IMG/VR virus record: IMGVR_UViG_3300031999_007842
Location: 1-53,707 of that record
Direction: 5' to 3' (one strand)
DNA: 53,707 bases
From: a virus
Lineage: Duplodnaviria > Heunggongvirae > Uroviricota > Caudoviricetes
Position numbers and translations under genes: made by a program. Numbering within the stretch: position 1 is the stretch's first letter; every line of letters starts with the position of its first letter. Positions 25,285 to 35,042 of the stretch are shown here, in pieces. Under the pieces are notes generated by a model. That model ran no database searches. It saw only the letters and a program-made list of their open reading frames with translations, and had not been told where the DNA came from.

Positions 25285-27098
25285 TATTCATAACCCTCCA
25301 ATCTTTCACTAAGATAAACTCTCAACCTGTGATAGTATGTCTTAACATAGTTGATTCCCTGGAGTAGATGGGCAGTACAGAAATAAATGGTTGGAGAGAG
25401 ATTCCAGTTTATAATCTGTATAGTCAATAGTTCCAGTAAAGAGAGAAGAATCTTCTTAGACTCCATATCTTCAAAAAGCAATGCTTGGACAAGTGCTTTA
25501 GTTGCTTCCTTTCCCAAGATATCTTGGAGATGAACACTATCTTGTAGGGAAGTTTCAACTTCTGTGATAAAAGATATGAGTATTTGATAAGTTTCAAAAA
25601 CTTCCTTCGAAGCAGTCTTAGTTAGATTGTCGAAGAATTTACCTCCTCTAGTGTTGACAGCAGTTATTTTCCCTCTGAATCTGAAAGTCTCTCTGAGCGA
25701 AAGAGGACCTTCAACATATTCTAGGGATTCATCAAGGGCTTCTATGTATACTGAACTAGAAACACTATTCCAATCGGAAGCAAAAGTCACTTCATAGATC
25801 CCATCGCTTGAAAATTCAACATTAACTGGGGCGGATCCAAAGAGAAATCTGATTGTCCCTGTTTTAACTGGGAGTTTTAATATTCTATTCTGGTAATCAA
25901 ACATCCAGTATTTGTTAAAGGATTCTACTCCTTCGTATGTATGATCATAAACAGGCAAGAAGAGACCTTTCCCAGTCTGTGGAACAATCCCCATTAGGAG
26001 AAGATTCCAAATTCCTATAAGAGTTCCAGAATCTGAAACACTGTCATTTGAAGTTGTTTTCCACCGCTTGGAGGGAGAGTCATAAAGGCTAGAACTACTC
26101 ATTATGTATTCCCACCCTTTCTTTGTTCCATCCAACATGGACCGTAGATGAGATCTTGAAACTTCGTCAAGCGTTGTCCAAAATGCATGCAAAGTATACC
26201 AAGTTATGAGGTTGTTGTGAAGTCTCCTCTGGCTGTTAACAGTTTGATGGTGTACTGTGCAATAATATTTAGTAGCGCCATCACAGAATTGTGGAGAACT
26301 CCATTCGGAAGTGATATAGCGATTCTTCAAGTCAATCAAAATCCGATCCCAGTTATTTAATTGATAGCCATTCAAAGCTCGCATCTGGCCAATGATTGTA
26401 GCAAAGCTCGCACCAGAAACTTCCCAACCTGGCATTGAAGAACAGTAATTGAAGTAAGTCCCAGTCCAAAATAGGAAATTGATAGTAGGCCAGAGGAAGT
26501 CTCTTGCATATTCCAGAGAACCCAAGTTGTTTGTTTGGTCCACTTTGTAAAACATCAGAAAGCTTGCAACTGTCTCTGCATTCTCATCATAGAAGCGGGT
26601 TAAGTAATCCCAATAACTATTGTCTCTTGGATCTGCTCCAAGAATACCTTTATTACCTGCAGCCTGACAAACTCCTTTAAGTTCTTGCCACGCAAGAGAA
26701 GAATCCCATTTTGATGTCAGGTAGCCTAGGTCTCTAGCTCTCAAGTATAAAGCAGGAGTCCCCCATCTTTGGGCGCCATACCAGAGATGTCCAGAATCTG
26801 TATTAGTGCTCGGAAGGTGCTTGCTGCCTAGCATTTGAAGATTATTAAGTGTTGTTTGGATTGATGTCAGAAGTGCTGAAGAGGAGATTTCAAGAATCCT
26901 ACAATCCTCCTCTAATTGTGCAGCAAATCTATAGCCAGCCTGAGTTCCTATTCCATTTTGATAATTAATTTCAGCCACGAAGTCCGTGATAGTATAACGT
27001 TTGAGAAGATAGCCTAGATAGATCTTCAAAGCAGAATGTTCTGTATTAGAGAAGTTCACCGTAGCGATAGAATCTAGAATGGAACTAATGAGAGTCAT
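25284..27098 (-). CDS. Putative tailspike with an (alpha/alpha)-barrel-like domain and shaft repeats
   Basis: Helical aromatic-rich N-terminal ~430 aa incl. RFYDENAETVASFL; shaft-type repeats at the C-terminus. Confidence 0.4.
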   Translation of the reverse strand: MTLISSILDSIATVNFSNTEHSALKIYLGYLLKRYTITDFVAEINYQNGIGTQAGYRFAAQLEEDCRILEISSSALLTSIQTTLNNLQMLGSKHLPSTNTDSGHLWYGAQRWGTPALYLRARDLGYLTSKWDSSLAWQELKGVCQAAGNKGILGADPRDNSYWDYLTRFYDENAETVASFLMFYKVDQTNNLGSLEYARDFLWPTINFLFWTGTYFNYCSSMPGWEVSGASFATIIGQMRALNGYQLNNWDRILIDLKNRYITSEWSSPQFCDGATKYYCTVHHQTVNSQRRLHNNLITWYTLHAFWTTLDEVSRSHLRSMLDGTKKGWEYIMSSSSLYDSPSKRWKTTSNDSVSDSGTLIGIWNLLLMGIVPQTGKGLFLPVYDHTYEGVESFNKYWMFDYQNRILKLPVKTGTIRFLFGSAPVNVEFSSDGIYEVTFASDWNSVSSSVYIEALDESLEYVEGPLSLRETFRFRGKITAVNTRGGKFFDNLTKTASKEVFETYQILISFITEVETSLQDSVHLQDILGKEATKALVQALLFEDMESKKILLSLLELLTIQIINWNLSPTIYFCTAHLLQGINYVKTYYHRLRVYLSERLEGYE

Positions 27099-29398
27099 GC
27101 TGGATCCTCCACCACTCTTATGTCCAATTCTGGTTGTCGCAGGAATTTCTTGATTATGAAAACTATGTTTCCTAAAATGTTAATATTTTCCTTTAACCAC
27201 CAGGTTATCCATCTATAGTCTGAGAAATGAATTTCACCAGTGAGAATCTTGTATGAGGTACAATACAATCTGGGTCCTCCATCTTCTTCCGAACCCCAGT
27301 AGCCATGTACCGGCTCCGTTGAGGAATATTTAGCTATAGCATAATAGATCTTCCAATTACTAACTTTGCTGTTTGTGTTTGCCTGAGAAATAATATGATA
27401 AAGGGATCCCTTATAGACAAACTCTTGGATTGTTCTTGAAGTAGAGTCGAGAGTGTAAGAGGCAGCAACAGCCCCACTTGGAACATCATCGCCAATTGAG
27501 TATGTTGAATAGAAGAATAAAGTGGCCTGATTACCGGCATTAGAATAATCTAAGACCACAATATGCTTCTTGTCTATACTTGTGTCGGGAGGATACAGAT
27601 TTGAAGTCTTCCAGCCTGCTCCAGGATCTGATGTTCGGAATGCAAAGTTTACTCCACAAACACCATTGTTTCCCATATCTTGATATGCTTCTAGATATAA
27701 CAATGGTTCGACACTAAGAGACCATTTCTTTCCTCCATAACTCCTGAACCAAAGTCTAGGACAAATGTATTTGCCATCTACTTGCTGAGGTGTAATAAAG
27801 TAATCTCCAGGATCTTGGGGATTAGGAATAGTTGTCAATGGAACTACACCTAATGCAGCAGAAAAAGCTGACACAGCCTCATGGAAAACTTGGAAAGTGG
27901 CTAGCCCATTAGAAGTGGTCGTTGTTGCACTAGGATTCCCATAATAAATAAAGATTCCTTGACTCGAATCGAGGTTTGCTCCAACTTCAACCCAAAAGAT
28001 AGCATAAGAAGAATCAACCTTCATCTCTAGCCAATAGTCAAGAGGAGTCACACTATTGGAAGCAGAAAATCTTATGTCTGAAAAATCTGCATTAGAATGG
28101 GAATCAAGATATACATTCTCACCAGTGCTTGTTCCTGTACCATAATACACTTTTATTCTTATCTGATAGTTAGTTCCTGCTCCAGTTGCTCCATTGATGA
28201 GATGGTATTTACGTTTCCCCCATTCCTGGAAAGGAGACAGGAACTTGCCAGCGATGGTTTCTTGAAGGATTTTTCTTATCTCGAGCAAATATGATGAAGA
28301 AAGATTAAAGGTTTCAAACCCCCCAAGCCAAAGGAATAGAGGAGAATTGTAGGAGAAATCGGTTAAAGCGAGCACTTCGTCTTTCTGTTTACTTACAGAC
28401 TTGGATATATTGCCAATGAACAACAGTGATTCCAAGATATTCTTGCTAGTAGTCCCTTCCTCTTCTTCAACCCCCCAAGCCCCATGCGTGGGCTCAGCAT
28501 AGATGAATTTTCGTACAAGAACCCAATCAGTATATCCAGTGTGCTGATCTGCATTAGAAGAGCGTCCCACTTTAATACTTACTTTTTTGTTTGTATCATT
28601 TACGCCAGTGGTTAATTGGTCTTCATAGGTATTTTCATAGAAACATCTTGCGGACGCACTCCCATCACGACCAACTTCAATTAGTTTGTACTCTGTGCTT
28701 GTCATCGAACCTTTATCTATTGATTGTGTTGGGGTTCTCCAAAATCTATTGTGATAGTCATTTTTATAATACCCAATGAAATTTGTTGGATTCTCACCGG
28801 TTGAAGTGTCACCCCACTCTAAATAGTCATACTTATTGTAATCTGATGGGTCACTTGTTCTGAATCTAATTCTAAACGCATATCCCACACCAAAAGCAGT
28901 TTTTGATTGCACTCGTTCCCAACGGTCATACAAAGCGTGAGAAAGAACAAGCTCCGAGTCCACAACGCTATAGTTGCCAGTTCCATAAACATCCCATTTT
29001 GCTGTGTCCAAGGCTACCCCAGGAAAATGGTCAAAGAATGGAAATGTCGCTTCTCCCTGTGCACTGTCATTGGCAAGATAAGGATAAGTGGCATCAGCCT
29101 TATCATAATAGACATAGATAGTAGCGGGATCTGTACTTAAACTATCAGCAATTTCAACCCAGAATATTGCATAGTTGCTATCAACTTTACTTTCCATCCA
29201 ACAGTCAAGCAAAGTGTCTCCATCATCATCAGTGAATCTTATATCTCCAAAATCTGTTCTGCAGTGGCTGTTAAGGTAAACATCATCATCGCTGTCTACC
29301 CCCTCACCATAATGGACTGTTATTTGCTTCTGATAGAGGGTGCCGGCATCAGTAGCAAAATTGATAATGTGACTCTTGCGATAAGTCCAATCGGTCAA
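27095..29398 (-). CDS. Fibre protein with two DUF2341 domains
   Basis: Two copies of W..RK.H.I..DF.DIRF..LD.W.E.KVDS.YAIFWVE..I.(V/I)YY. Confidence 0.65.
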   Translation of the reverse strand: MTDWTYRKSHIINFATDAGTLYQKQITVHYGEGVDSDDDVYLNSHCRTDFGDIRFTDDDGDTLLDCWMESKVDSNYAIFWVEIADSLSTDPATIYVYYDKADATYPYLANDSAQGEATFPFFDHFPGVALDTAKWDVYGTGNYSVVDSELVLSHALYDRWERVQSKTAFGVGYAFRIRFRTSDPSDYNKYDYLEWGDTSTGENPTNFIGYYKNDYHNRFWRTPTQSIDKGSMTSTEYKLIEVGRDGSASARCFYENTYEDQLTTGVNDTNKKVSIKVGRSSNADQHTGYTDWVLVRKFIYAEPTHGAWGVEEEEGTTSKNILESLLFIGNISKSVSKQKDEVLALTDFSYNSPLFLWLGGFETFNLSSSYLLEIRKILQETIAGKFLSPFQEWGKRKYHLINGATGAGTNYQIRIKVYYGTGTSTGENVYLDSHSNADFSDIRFSASNSVTPLDYWLEMKVDSSYAIFWVEVGANLDSSQGIFIYYGNPSATTTTSNGLATFQVFHEAVSAFSAALGVVPLTTIPNPQDPGDYFITPQQVDGKYICPRLWFRSYGGKKWSLSVEPLLYLEAYQDMGNNGVCGVNFAFRTSDPGAGWKTSNLYPPDTSIDKKHIVVLDYSNAGNQATLFFYSTYSIGDDVPSGAVAASYTLDSTSRTIQEFVYKGSLYHIISQANTNSKVSNWKIYYAIAKYSSTEPVHGYWGSEEDGGPRLYCTSYKILTGEIHFSDYRWITWWLKENINILGNIVFIIKKFLRQPELDIRVVEDPA

Positions 29399-29472
29399 CC
29401 AGTTGATGGTCCATCCCTCAGATTAAGATTTATAAAAAGAGAAAAGAATCGGAAAAAGGAAAGGAGGGTAAC

Positions 29473-29916
29473 TTAACTCAGAGTATATTGCCAAGTCACT
29501 ACAAGTGTATCGCTGGCACCTTTGTTGATCACTGCAAAAGTCTGTCTGCATAGCAAAGTTCCACTAGAAGCAATGGTTGAATTGAACATCCCTGATTCAG
29601 TAATGGAACCAGTACCCACACCAGCACCGAAAGTGGCATCATTCTTCCATACGGTATCTGCAGTTCTTGTATATCCACCCAGAACCCTCGCTGCTTCCGT
29701 GGATAGAATTGTATCGGCTGCAGCTGGGGCTGTAGTTCCTGTTCCAATAGCACAAGACATGAAATGACTTGCTCCACCTTCACCCATCATATCACAGACT
29801 GCGTGGAAACCAGCACTCACTGTTAAGTTCTTGACATGCCTATAAGCCTTGAGTTTCTTGCTTGAGTCGTATAGAAAGACCTCAAATTCTCCCTTCAAAC
29901 CAGTTATCTCTATCAT
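29473..29916 (-). CDS. Tail/baseplate fibre-attachment protein
   Basis: NLTVSAG..AIGTGTTAPAAADT.L..E..R..ITESGMFN..GTLLCRQTFAVINK..L.VTW pattern typical of tail-fibre N-terminal modules. Confidence 0.6.
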   Translation of the reverse strand: MIEITGLKGEFEVFLYDSSKKLKAYRHVKNLTVSAGFHAVCDMMGEGGASHFMSCAIGTGTTAPAAADTILSTEAARVLGGYTRTADTVWKNDATFGAGVGTGSITESGMFNSTIASSGTLLCRQTFAVINKGASDTLVVTWQYTLS

Positions 29917-29936
29917 CCTAATTCACTACCTATACA

Positions 29937-31115
29937 CTATGACGCGACAATCTTATTTAAATCTTTATTAGAGAGCTTCTTGAGTAGAGGCAACCATTGC
30001 TTATTTACGATCTTTTCCCAATCAAATTGCTGTGAAAACTTAAGTGATTCCTGGGAATATATCTTACGTTGTTCTTTATTGAAATAGGCCTCTTCTATCT
30101 TCTTACCTAGATCCTCTCTATCCACCCTCTGACCTTTCCAGCCTTTAGGTGTGAATACTGTATCTCCCATCTTAACTAGCCAGCCATGGCCATTCACTAT
30201 CTCCGGGAGGGCAGAAGAATTAGAAGCTATTACAGGTATTCCACATGCTTGGGCTTCCATTACTGGGATGCAGAATCCTTCCCTTCTCGATGCATTGACT
30301 AGAATATCAAAGCATGAATATAGCTTGGCCATCTCAAAGTCAGGTATCCCAACTACTTGAGGTAAGTGCTCTGGAAATATAACATGCTTCCCGAGTTTAA
30401 GTTTCCTAACTACTTCAGGAAGATTGTATCCTCTAGGGTCAGAAGGCTTAGTGTAGGCGAAGATCATCCAATGCTTTGCTTCATTAGGAAACTTATCCTT
30501 GAATCTAGAGAAAGCGATGAACATATCGTCCCAACCTTTCCTTGGCTCCGGATCTGAATTGGCTGCTACTATACCAAACATGAACTTATCTCTTCTAATA
30601 TTGAAGATCTTCTTACATTCATCCTTGAAATAAGGTTTATAGATCTTAGTATCAACCCCATGAGGAATAACAGCTTCTGGTTTTCTCTTAGTTAGCTTGA
30701 GATAGACCTTTCCTCCAAACTCAGAACAAGGGATGAAGTGGGCATAGTTCCTCATGACAGCAACATCATCAGAACAGTAATCATATGAGTCTATTGGACC
30801 ATAGAACATTGAATTAGGAAGATTAGAGAACCAGGCAAAAGGCCAGAAGTCTGAAGCTAGGATAGGAAGATCTATCTTGAACTTCTTGACGTAGTGCTCT
30901 ACAGAACGCTGTCCATAATTCTCTTCTATAGTTGGGATGACTCTTACATTTGCTATTCGCAAAGAAGCTCCTGTGTGAAAGCCATAATAAGTAGAAATCA
31001 CTGTTGGATAGTGTTGACCTATACGAAGTGCCACATTCTTTGTTACAACACCATATCCTGAATAGACAAAGGGCCCAACAGAATGCCATAGTATATTCAA
31101 AGACTTCTCTACCAT
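29937..31115 (-). CDS. GT-B (GT4 family) glycosyltransferase
   Basis: VIPHGVD, RKG, LYSCFDILVNASRREGFCIPVMEAQACGIPVI. Confidence 0.85.
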   Translation of the reverse strand: MVEKSLNILWHSVGPFVYSGYGVVTKNVALRIGQHYPTVISTYYGFHTGASLRIANVRVIPTIEENYGQRSVEHYVKKFKIDLPILASDFWPFAWFSNLPNSMFYGPIDSYDYCSDDVAVMRNYAHFIPCSEFGGKVYLKLTKRKPEAVIPHGVDTKIYKPYFKDECKKIFNIRRDKFMFGIVAANSDPEPRKGWDDMFIAFSRFKDKFPNEAKHWMIFAYTKPSDPRGYNLPEVVRKLKLGKHVIFPEHLPQVVGIPDFEMAKLYSCFDILVNASRREGFCIPVMEAQACGIPVIASNSSALPEIVNGHGWLVKMGDTVFTPKGWKGQRVDREDLGKKIEEAYFNKEQRKIYSQESLKFSQQFDWEKIVNKQWLPLLKKLSNKDLNKIVAS

Positions 31116-31267
31116 TTCTCAAGTACCTTCCCTATAAACTTAAGCAGCAACTCCAATTTAGAGCTTTGTTTCCCCTTCTGTAAGACTGAGGTTTGCTTGA
31201 CCTTACCATTCTTATCGTAGAGGACAAGACTTACCTCGTCCTTAGTCTTCACCCCTTCATCTGCCAT
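31109..31267 (-). CDS. 52-aa ORF absent from the ORF track
   Basis: MADEGVKTKDEVSLVLYDKNGKVKQ...; overlaps both neighbours; resembles the N-terminus of 29473..29916. Confidence 0.45.
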   Translation of the reverse strand: MADEGVKTKDEVSLVLYDKNGKVKQTSVLQKGKQSSKLELLLKFIGKVLEKW

Positions 31268-31544
31268 GAATAACAACCGATGTTTTGAACTTCTTCTCTA
31301 CATGCCTCATATATTCTCTATGGGCCCAACGCTCTTTCCTATGATAAATCTCCAGCTTCAGTTTCATAAACTTCTTAAATTCCTCGTCCAATTCCTGCTT
31401 CTTACACTCTTTCTCTTCTCTCTTTCGTTCAATTGCTTCTGCTATTTCTTCCTTGGCTAGATCCCTTCTTGCTTCGTACAGATCCCAAGCTTCACGCTCT
31501 AGCTGGAGGTTTTTTCTGTACTGTCTCCAGTCTTGTCCCCACAT
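31257..31544 (-). CDS. Charged coiled-coil hypothetical protein
   Basis: 95 aa E/K/R-rich; overlaps the Lon 3' end. Confidence 0.45.
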   Translation of the reverse strand: MWGQDWRQYRKNLQLEREAWDLYEARRDLAKEEIAEAIERKREEKECKKQELDEEFKKFMKLKLEIYHRKERWAHREYMRHVEKKFKTSVVIHGR

Positions 31545-33673
31545 TCCTCAGCTAACACCTCTTTCAGATACTCGTCTAGTGTGCTTGCTCCAACCACTTT
31601 GATACTGTAATCTGATTCCTTAATAGAATGCTTGAAGTTCTTAAGTGGGATAACTACCTTCTTGAAGCCCCATGCCTCTGCAGCCTTAATCTTCTCATGT
31701 ACTCCACCAATAGCAGTAATGTCAATCTCGTCTGTGGAAGAGATATTGATCTCTCCAGTGACAGCTACATCTTGCCTAATAGGTCTTCCCTCTATTAGAG
31801 AGCAAAGGAGAAGTGCCATTGTTACTCCTGCTGAAGGACCATCGACACCAGATGCCTGTGAGAAGTCTAAGTGTGTAAAGTATTCCTGGGCGATGTCTAC
31901 ACCATACTTCTGGATAAGTGCTGAGCGTACTTTCTCTGCTGAATCGCCCATCCATTTTGCATCTTTAGCTACCCCAGTGACTTTGTAGTAACCACCCAGG
32001 TTCTTCTTTCTCTTCTTACACAGTTGTCCTTTCACTCTTAGAACACTACCAGTCATTTCCCCTGAAGCAGGATCGTTGAGAACAGCTAGACCATAGATAG
32101 TTCCCAGTTTAGTGCCCTTAGGTTCAATCTCTAGTATCTTACCTTGTTCCTCTACTTGGTGCTCCAATAGTTGTCTTTGGATAGTCTTGCAGTGATTCTC
32201 TATTGCATCTATGACATAGGAGACATCCACTACTTCTTTCTTGTCATTCCTAGCTAAAGTCCCTGCAGTCTTTATGACAGAGATCAGCGGTCTGAATTTG
32301 GTTGTCAGAGCTTCTCGCTTACCAGAGCGTCTCCTTCCTTCTTCTACTATTTCAATGCATGAGTCTCTGGTGAATGGAGGTAGATGGAAACGAGTTGCTT
32401 CCTGAGCTATGAACTGCACATACTTCTTTCTATTCTCTTCTGTATTAGGCATGTCATTATTCATACGGACTACTTTGCCATAACCTACAAGTCTGTCCAT
32501 CATGGCTGGGTGTATCTGGTTAATAGAATCAAAGTTCCCAGCAGCCAGTAGGAAGAATAATGCTGGAATCGGTTCTGTAGCTACAGCCATTGCTGCAGTA
32601 TCTGCTCCATGGAATTGACTTCGCATGGTAACTGGAAGACATCCATCTTCCATTACTGAAAGAAGTGTAATTGACTCCCCGACACTCAAGTTCTTGATCT
32701 CATCAATATACAGAATACCCAGGGAAGCTCTATGGACATCCCCCGCAGTAACTCGTTGATGCTCTGGTGTTCCTAGGCCTCCTGTTTGATAAGGATCCCA
32801 TGCTACTGATCCAAAGAGTTGAGATGATGTGTGACCAGTAGCGTCTATAAATGGAGCATGCTTGGTTGTATTATCAACCAATAACTTGGGAGCATTGGAA
32901 GAAGAGGCTCCACCTATGCCCTGGGTAGTACCACCACCTATATTTCCCAACATCTTGCCAAAGTAGTAAACCATGAAGCCCATTCCAGCCATACCACCAC
33001 CTGCAGCAAGCAGAGGTGAATTGTACATTATAGCAGTGCTGAACGAGTATCCTGATTGCATCATAGTAAAGCAACTAAACAAACCTACTCCAAGGATGAT
33101 TAGACCTAAGCCAGCAATAACACCAGTTAAGAGTTTAAGTCCCCATCTCTGTAGAAAGGTTTTACTTTTGATTTTATGAGTTTTTTGGAAGATAATGTTT
33201 CTGCCTTCACCTCCAGGATGAATGGAGATCTTCGGATTCCCTGGAATTACCCTATTTGGCCAACTAAGGACATCAAATCTCTTGATATTATGAATACGAT
33301 AAAGCATAGTTAGATGCTCAGACATTGCCCTACCAATCAAAGATTTACCTGTTCCTGGATCCCCTAAAAGTAGCAGATATGGACCAGGAGTCAAGACCTT
33401 GCTAAAAGGTTCTTTCTCGGTGGAAGGGTCTAGCCATGGCCTATACCACCGCTTCTTCTGTAGCCAAGTTAGTTTATAGAGCCATTCATCTAATGCTAGT
33501 CTGACTTCTTTCAGAACTCTATCCTGACCTACAACCCAGTCTAGAAGTGATTCTGAGACAGGAAAATCTTTAGTTGTTTCAAAGTCCTCCCAATTCCAGG
33601 TTTTACCTTTAAGTTCTTGGGTTCCTTTCCCAAAGAAGTTACGCTTTTGCTCCTGACTTACCATCCTGCTCAC
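31499..33673 (-). CDS. lonB: Archaeal-type membrane-anchored Lon protease (LonB)
   Basis: VVGQD, Walker A GDPGTGKS, two hydrophobic TM segments inside the AAA+ domain, Walker B LYIDE, catalytic VDGPSAG (Ser) and GGVHEKIKAA (Lys). Confidence 0.9.
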   Translation of the reverse strand: MSRMVSQEQKRNFFGKGTQELKGKTWNWEDFETTKDFPVSESLLDWVVGQDRVLKEVRLALDEWLYKLTWLQKKRWYRPWLDPSTEKEPFSKVLTPGPYLLLLGDPGTGKSLIGRAMSEHLTMLYRIHNIKRFDVLSWPNRVIPGNPKISIHPGGEGRNIIFQKTHKIKSKTFLQRWGLKLLTGVIAGLGLIILGVGLFSCFTMMQSGYSFSTAIMYNSPLLAAGGGMAGMGFMVYYFGKMLGNIGGGTTQGIGGASSSNAPKLLVDNTTKHAPFIDATGHTSSQLFGSVAWDPYQTGGLGTPEHQRVTAGDVHRASLGILYIDEIKNLSVGESITLLSVMEDGCLPVTMRSQFHGADTAAMAVATEPIPALFFLLAAGNFDSINQIHPAMMDRLVGYGKVVRMNNDMPNTEENRKKYVQFIAQEATRFHLPPFTRDSCIEIVEEGRRRSGKREALTTKFRPLISVIKTAGTLARNDKKEVVDVSYVIDAIENHCKTIQRQLLEHQVEEQGKILEIEPKGTKLGTIYGLAVLNDPASGEMTGSVLRVKGQLCKKRKKNLGGYYKVTGVAKDAKWMGDSAEKVRSALIQKYGVDIAQEYFTHLDFSQASGVDGPSAGVTMALLLCSLIEGRPIRQDVAVTGEINISSTDEIDITAIGGVHEKIKAAEAWGFKKVVIPLKNFKHSIKESDYSIKVVGASTLDEYLKEVLAEECGDKTGDSTEKTSS

Positions 33674-35042
33674 TACCCTTTATACTCTTCTCCTCTCTGA
33701 GTCTTTTGACACAGATATTGCAGAAGGAAGATAATTTATCTAGAGGCATCGCCTCTTCTTCCCTTACTGGGCATTTACCTAGTCCAAAGATGCATTTATC
33801 ATGATCTTCTTCTTTGACATTCTTCCTCTTCTTCTTTAAGGGGAATCCTTCAGCTTGACGCAATGAATTCTCGAGTTCATCTGTCCTTGTGATAAGACCA
33901 TGCCTGGCATAAGCAGAAAGTCTTCTCAACTTGATATTCTGAAGTTCTGGTGCATATTCTGTGAATGTCATTCTAGGTCTGGTAGTGAATTTAGCGGTCT
34001 TATAGTAAGGCCACACTAATTGTTCCTCTACTTGTCTTCGTAACTCTTCTTGGAAAGCAAGGATGGTCTTCTCGAAGTCTAGTTCCTCAACCGCTCTTCC
34101 ACCTAGACCTTTTGTCTCAACACCGAATCCCTTAGGGATTTCAAATGCTGTAAGGATCTCCATACCTAGCAATTCAATGAAAGCATGTATATTACCAAGT
34201 TCGCCACGTTTACTCATTTCCTCAGCTTCCATCCACCAAGGCAATACAAGTTCCGTTGCAGTGTCCAAGTTACCTATGATCTTCTTAGCAGCTTTGATTT
34301 TCTCTGGAGTAATCTCATGCCATGGCCCCTCTTCGCGGGTTCCTATCTTGAATTTGAGTATAGGAAATCCATGTCTGAAGATTGCTTCTCCAAGAGCCTC
34401 TTCCAGATTTAACTTGATCCAAGCTGATTTGAATGCTGCTTCCACCGGTGATACTCCTATACAGTATTCTCCAAGTGCAAAGAATCTAATAAGAAGAACT
34501 TCTGTTGGACTTAGATTTTCTTCTTCAGACTTTCTCTTCCAAACAAAGCCAACGATGTTTCCTTTCTTGTCTGTCTTGATTTCAGAAGCTTCTCTCTGAT
34601 AGTCGAATTCTTTAGGATCTATCTGAGTAATGGTTGTCTCTGCACCTGTATGGTTAATCTCTGCAGCACCAAAGCCGTAGATAAAGGCATCTTTGACTAG
34701 ATGAGGCAATAAGCCTAGAGCTCCAGAGTTCTCCAGGAAGTCCATTGCCTTTTGATTTTCTTCATCAGTACCTCCTGTAAAGTAAATCTTGGAACCTGTT
34801 ATCCTTCTAGTCAGTTTGTTGACACCAGCGAAGATCAATGGTTCCATTCTATAGAGTAGTTCACTTCTTCTCATGAGAGTTTCTGAAGGCTCTACTCTTT
34901 CGGAACCTTTTACCTTCCCTCGTCTCATAACAGCCATGAGCTGTTCTAACCTAAAATCCTTGAAAACTGGTTTCTTCCCACCCTGGAAAGTAGTTTGTAA
35001 AGCTTCCCTTATTCTTGCCCAACGCTTATCTGAACTTGACAT
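33639..35042 (-). CDS. Portal protein
   Basis: 467 aa directly downstream of terL; KDAFIYGFGAAE, IDPKEF, GVSPVEAA, RHGFP portal-like motifs. Confidence 0.8.
   Translation of the reverse strand: MSSSDKRWARIREALQTTFQGGKKPVFKDFRLEQLMAVMRRGKVKGSERVEPSETLMRRSELLYRMEPLIFAGVNKLTRRITGSKIYFTGGTDEENQKAMDFLENSGALGLLPHLVKDAFIYGFGAAEINHTGAETTITQIDPKEFDYQREASEIKTDKKGNIVGFVWKRKSEEENLSPTEVLLIRFFALGEYCIGVSPVEAAFKSAWIKLNLEEALGEAIFRHGFPILKFKIGTREEGPWHEITPEKIKAAKKIIGNLDTATELVLPWWMEAEEMSKRGELGNIHAFIELLGMEILTAFEIPKGFGVETKGLGGRAVEELDFEKTILAFQEELRRQVEEQLVWPYYKTAKFTTRPRMTFTEYAPELQNIKLRRLSAYARHGLITRTDELENSLRQAEGFPLKKKRKNVKEEDHDKCIFGLGKCPVREEEAMPLDKLSSFCNICVKRLREEKSIKGSEQDGKSGAKA

Noticed and set aside
20123-29398. 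Diversity-generating retroelement acting on the fibre genes
   Set aside because: No reverse transcriptase and no near-identical TR/VR pair differing at adenines in the window.
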